Positions 62,253-64,000 of a stretch of DNA of 64,000 nt are shown piece after piece. The notes below the pieces were generated by a model. That model saw only the letters and a program-made list of their open reading frames with translations. It was not told the origin of the DNA and made no database searches. Every line of letters begins with the position of its first letter. Within the stretch, counting starts at the first letter, position 1. Source of the DNA: Octopus sinensis (lineage: Eukaryota); NCBI RefSeq assembly GCF_006345805.1, contig NC_043005.1, positions 54,994,001 through 55,058,000 on the forward strand. Reading direction: 5' to 3'. The position numbers and the translations under genes were made by a program.

Positions 62253-64000
62253 TTGTGAATAGGAAAACTTGACATTGCAGTATAGGTTTTACTAATGTAT
62301 TATATAACAAACAATTCACAAATCAGATTCAATTTCCTATTGGTACTTATTCCCTCATGTTCTCGCTTAATACACGTTGGAAGGGCATCACCATTGGCAT
62401 CACTGCGTTCTACCCACCATCTACCCAAATTTGAATCTTTGGACCATTGTGATAGTGTTGGTGGTGGTGGTGAGTTCTATCAAGGGTAATCTGGAACTAC
62501 TAATGATTTCGTGATTAATTGGAATAAGAAAATTTGTTGTGAGCTGCAATGATAAACATTTATACATGTTTTGATGCTGAAGTTGTTTTAAAATATTACT
62601 AAAGGCATATTAAATATCTATTTGCTTCAATAAATATCAATTTTTTTCTTCAATTTTCCAATCTATCTTCCAAGTTGCTAATCTATCCAAAGATGCTAAT
62701 ATAATCATCTTGCAGCAATTAAGTTTCAAAATTTCATTGCATAAATACTAAACATAGTTTTATGTTATTACAAACACTATAATCTTTAGTAGGTTATTAG
62801 TTATTGTTAACCAAAGATAGTGTCTTAGAGAGAGAGAGAGGGGGGGACCTCTAAGTAAGTCTCAAAAGTAGTTCTAGAGTGAACAATGGATTTAGAACAC
62901 CACCTCTATTGTAGTTCTATAATCTTTTGTCATTCATGTATGGGAAGTAATGTTAAACTGATTTTTTTTTATTCTGGCATCCAGTGCTCACAATGCATTA
63001 TGCTTAGTAAATAACTTGTACCAAGATAGATTAAGTCAGCCGGCATAAGCATCTTGTCAAAGGACACATTTTGATGCTTCTCGTGTATTCCCTCAAGTAT
63101 TGTGGAAGTCTGTATCTTATCACTTTGGTCATGGTATTCACAAATATGAATACACACACAAACAACACACACAACACAGTGAAACACATACATAAACACA
63201 CACACACACACTCTCGTGCATACACATACACACACACACAACTTGACAGGTCTTCATAGATGATATGATGCACCTCCCTTTTGCAAATCGTGGGCAGGGT
63301 TGTTTCAGCACTCCATCACTATCATCTTTAAAGTTTTCTCTTTTCTACTATAAATTGCTTTTTCCTCTTCTTGCATTTTACCATTAGTTGATTTATATAT
63401 CTGGTCAGTTGCCAAAGATCAATGCTTGCTACTTTATTTCATGTGTCTATTTATCTATTACCTTCTCTTACTGCATCAGGGAAACTTGAAATACCTTCCC
63501 CATAAAGAATAAAGAAACCTCTACTTTATATATGGCTATCTTGCCTCAAAAAGCATTATGAACTTTGGGTCAACTTTGGTTTTAAATAAAAAGTAACTGA
63601 CTCCTCTCTGACCATCGACACGGTTTCCTTTCTAGTAACAGGTCAACTAGTAACCTATTCATAATATTTAATGAGTTACACTTTGTACTCTAAGCCAGAG
63701 GGAAATTTTACTTTTCTTTTATCTGAAGAAATAAACGAAATACCATGAAGCTTGTCCTCCTACTTTACTGTATCTATTCAAGATTAATATTTTATAGTAT
63801 ATGAAATACTTCCATTTAAATTAACTTCTCTCTTGTTTCTTCACAAAGAAAATTGTATTCGAAACCTTGGTTTATTGTTCTACTAATTTAAATTGGTTAA
63901 AATGTCGCGTTTTAATTAGTGAATATTTTCCCCTTCATTTTTATGCTAATTTATTTGACAGGTCTCTATAAAACTTTCTTTTGTTGTTAAGTCATGTGCC

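Overview
AT-rich, microsatellite-saturated animal non-coding DNA (intergenic or a very large intron). The SINE and MITE families resemble ones I associate with coleoid cephalopod (Octopus-like) genomes; this is recognition, not a database result. I found no confidently identifiable protein-coding gene: the long ORFs in the track are mostly translated (TA)n/(CA)n/(TATG)n repeats or pyrimidine tracts. The window holds dozens of tRNA-derived SINE copies from at least four families, TTAA-flanked piggyBac-type MITEs, two hAT MITEs with 8-bp TSDs, mariner/Tc1 MITEs, a mariner transposase relic, a Helentron-type HINE, and decayed CR1/L2/RTE LINE fragments. The strongest unexplained signal is a ~204-bp near-perfect palindrome at 56842-57045. 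Each arm folds on paper into a complete type I hammerhead ribozyme motif, the two pointing away from each other, which suggests an inverted Penelope-like pLTR. Other leads are a 21-bp perfect hairpin with a competing second arm (13143-13233), a consensus recursive-splice-like AG|GTAAGT site (4330/4331), and several local duplications. Interspersed-repeat boundaries were read by eye and are approximate unless a TSD is quoted.
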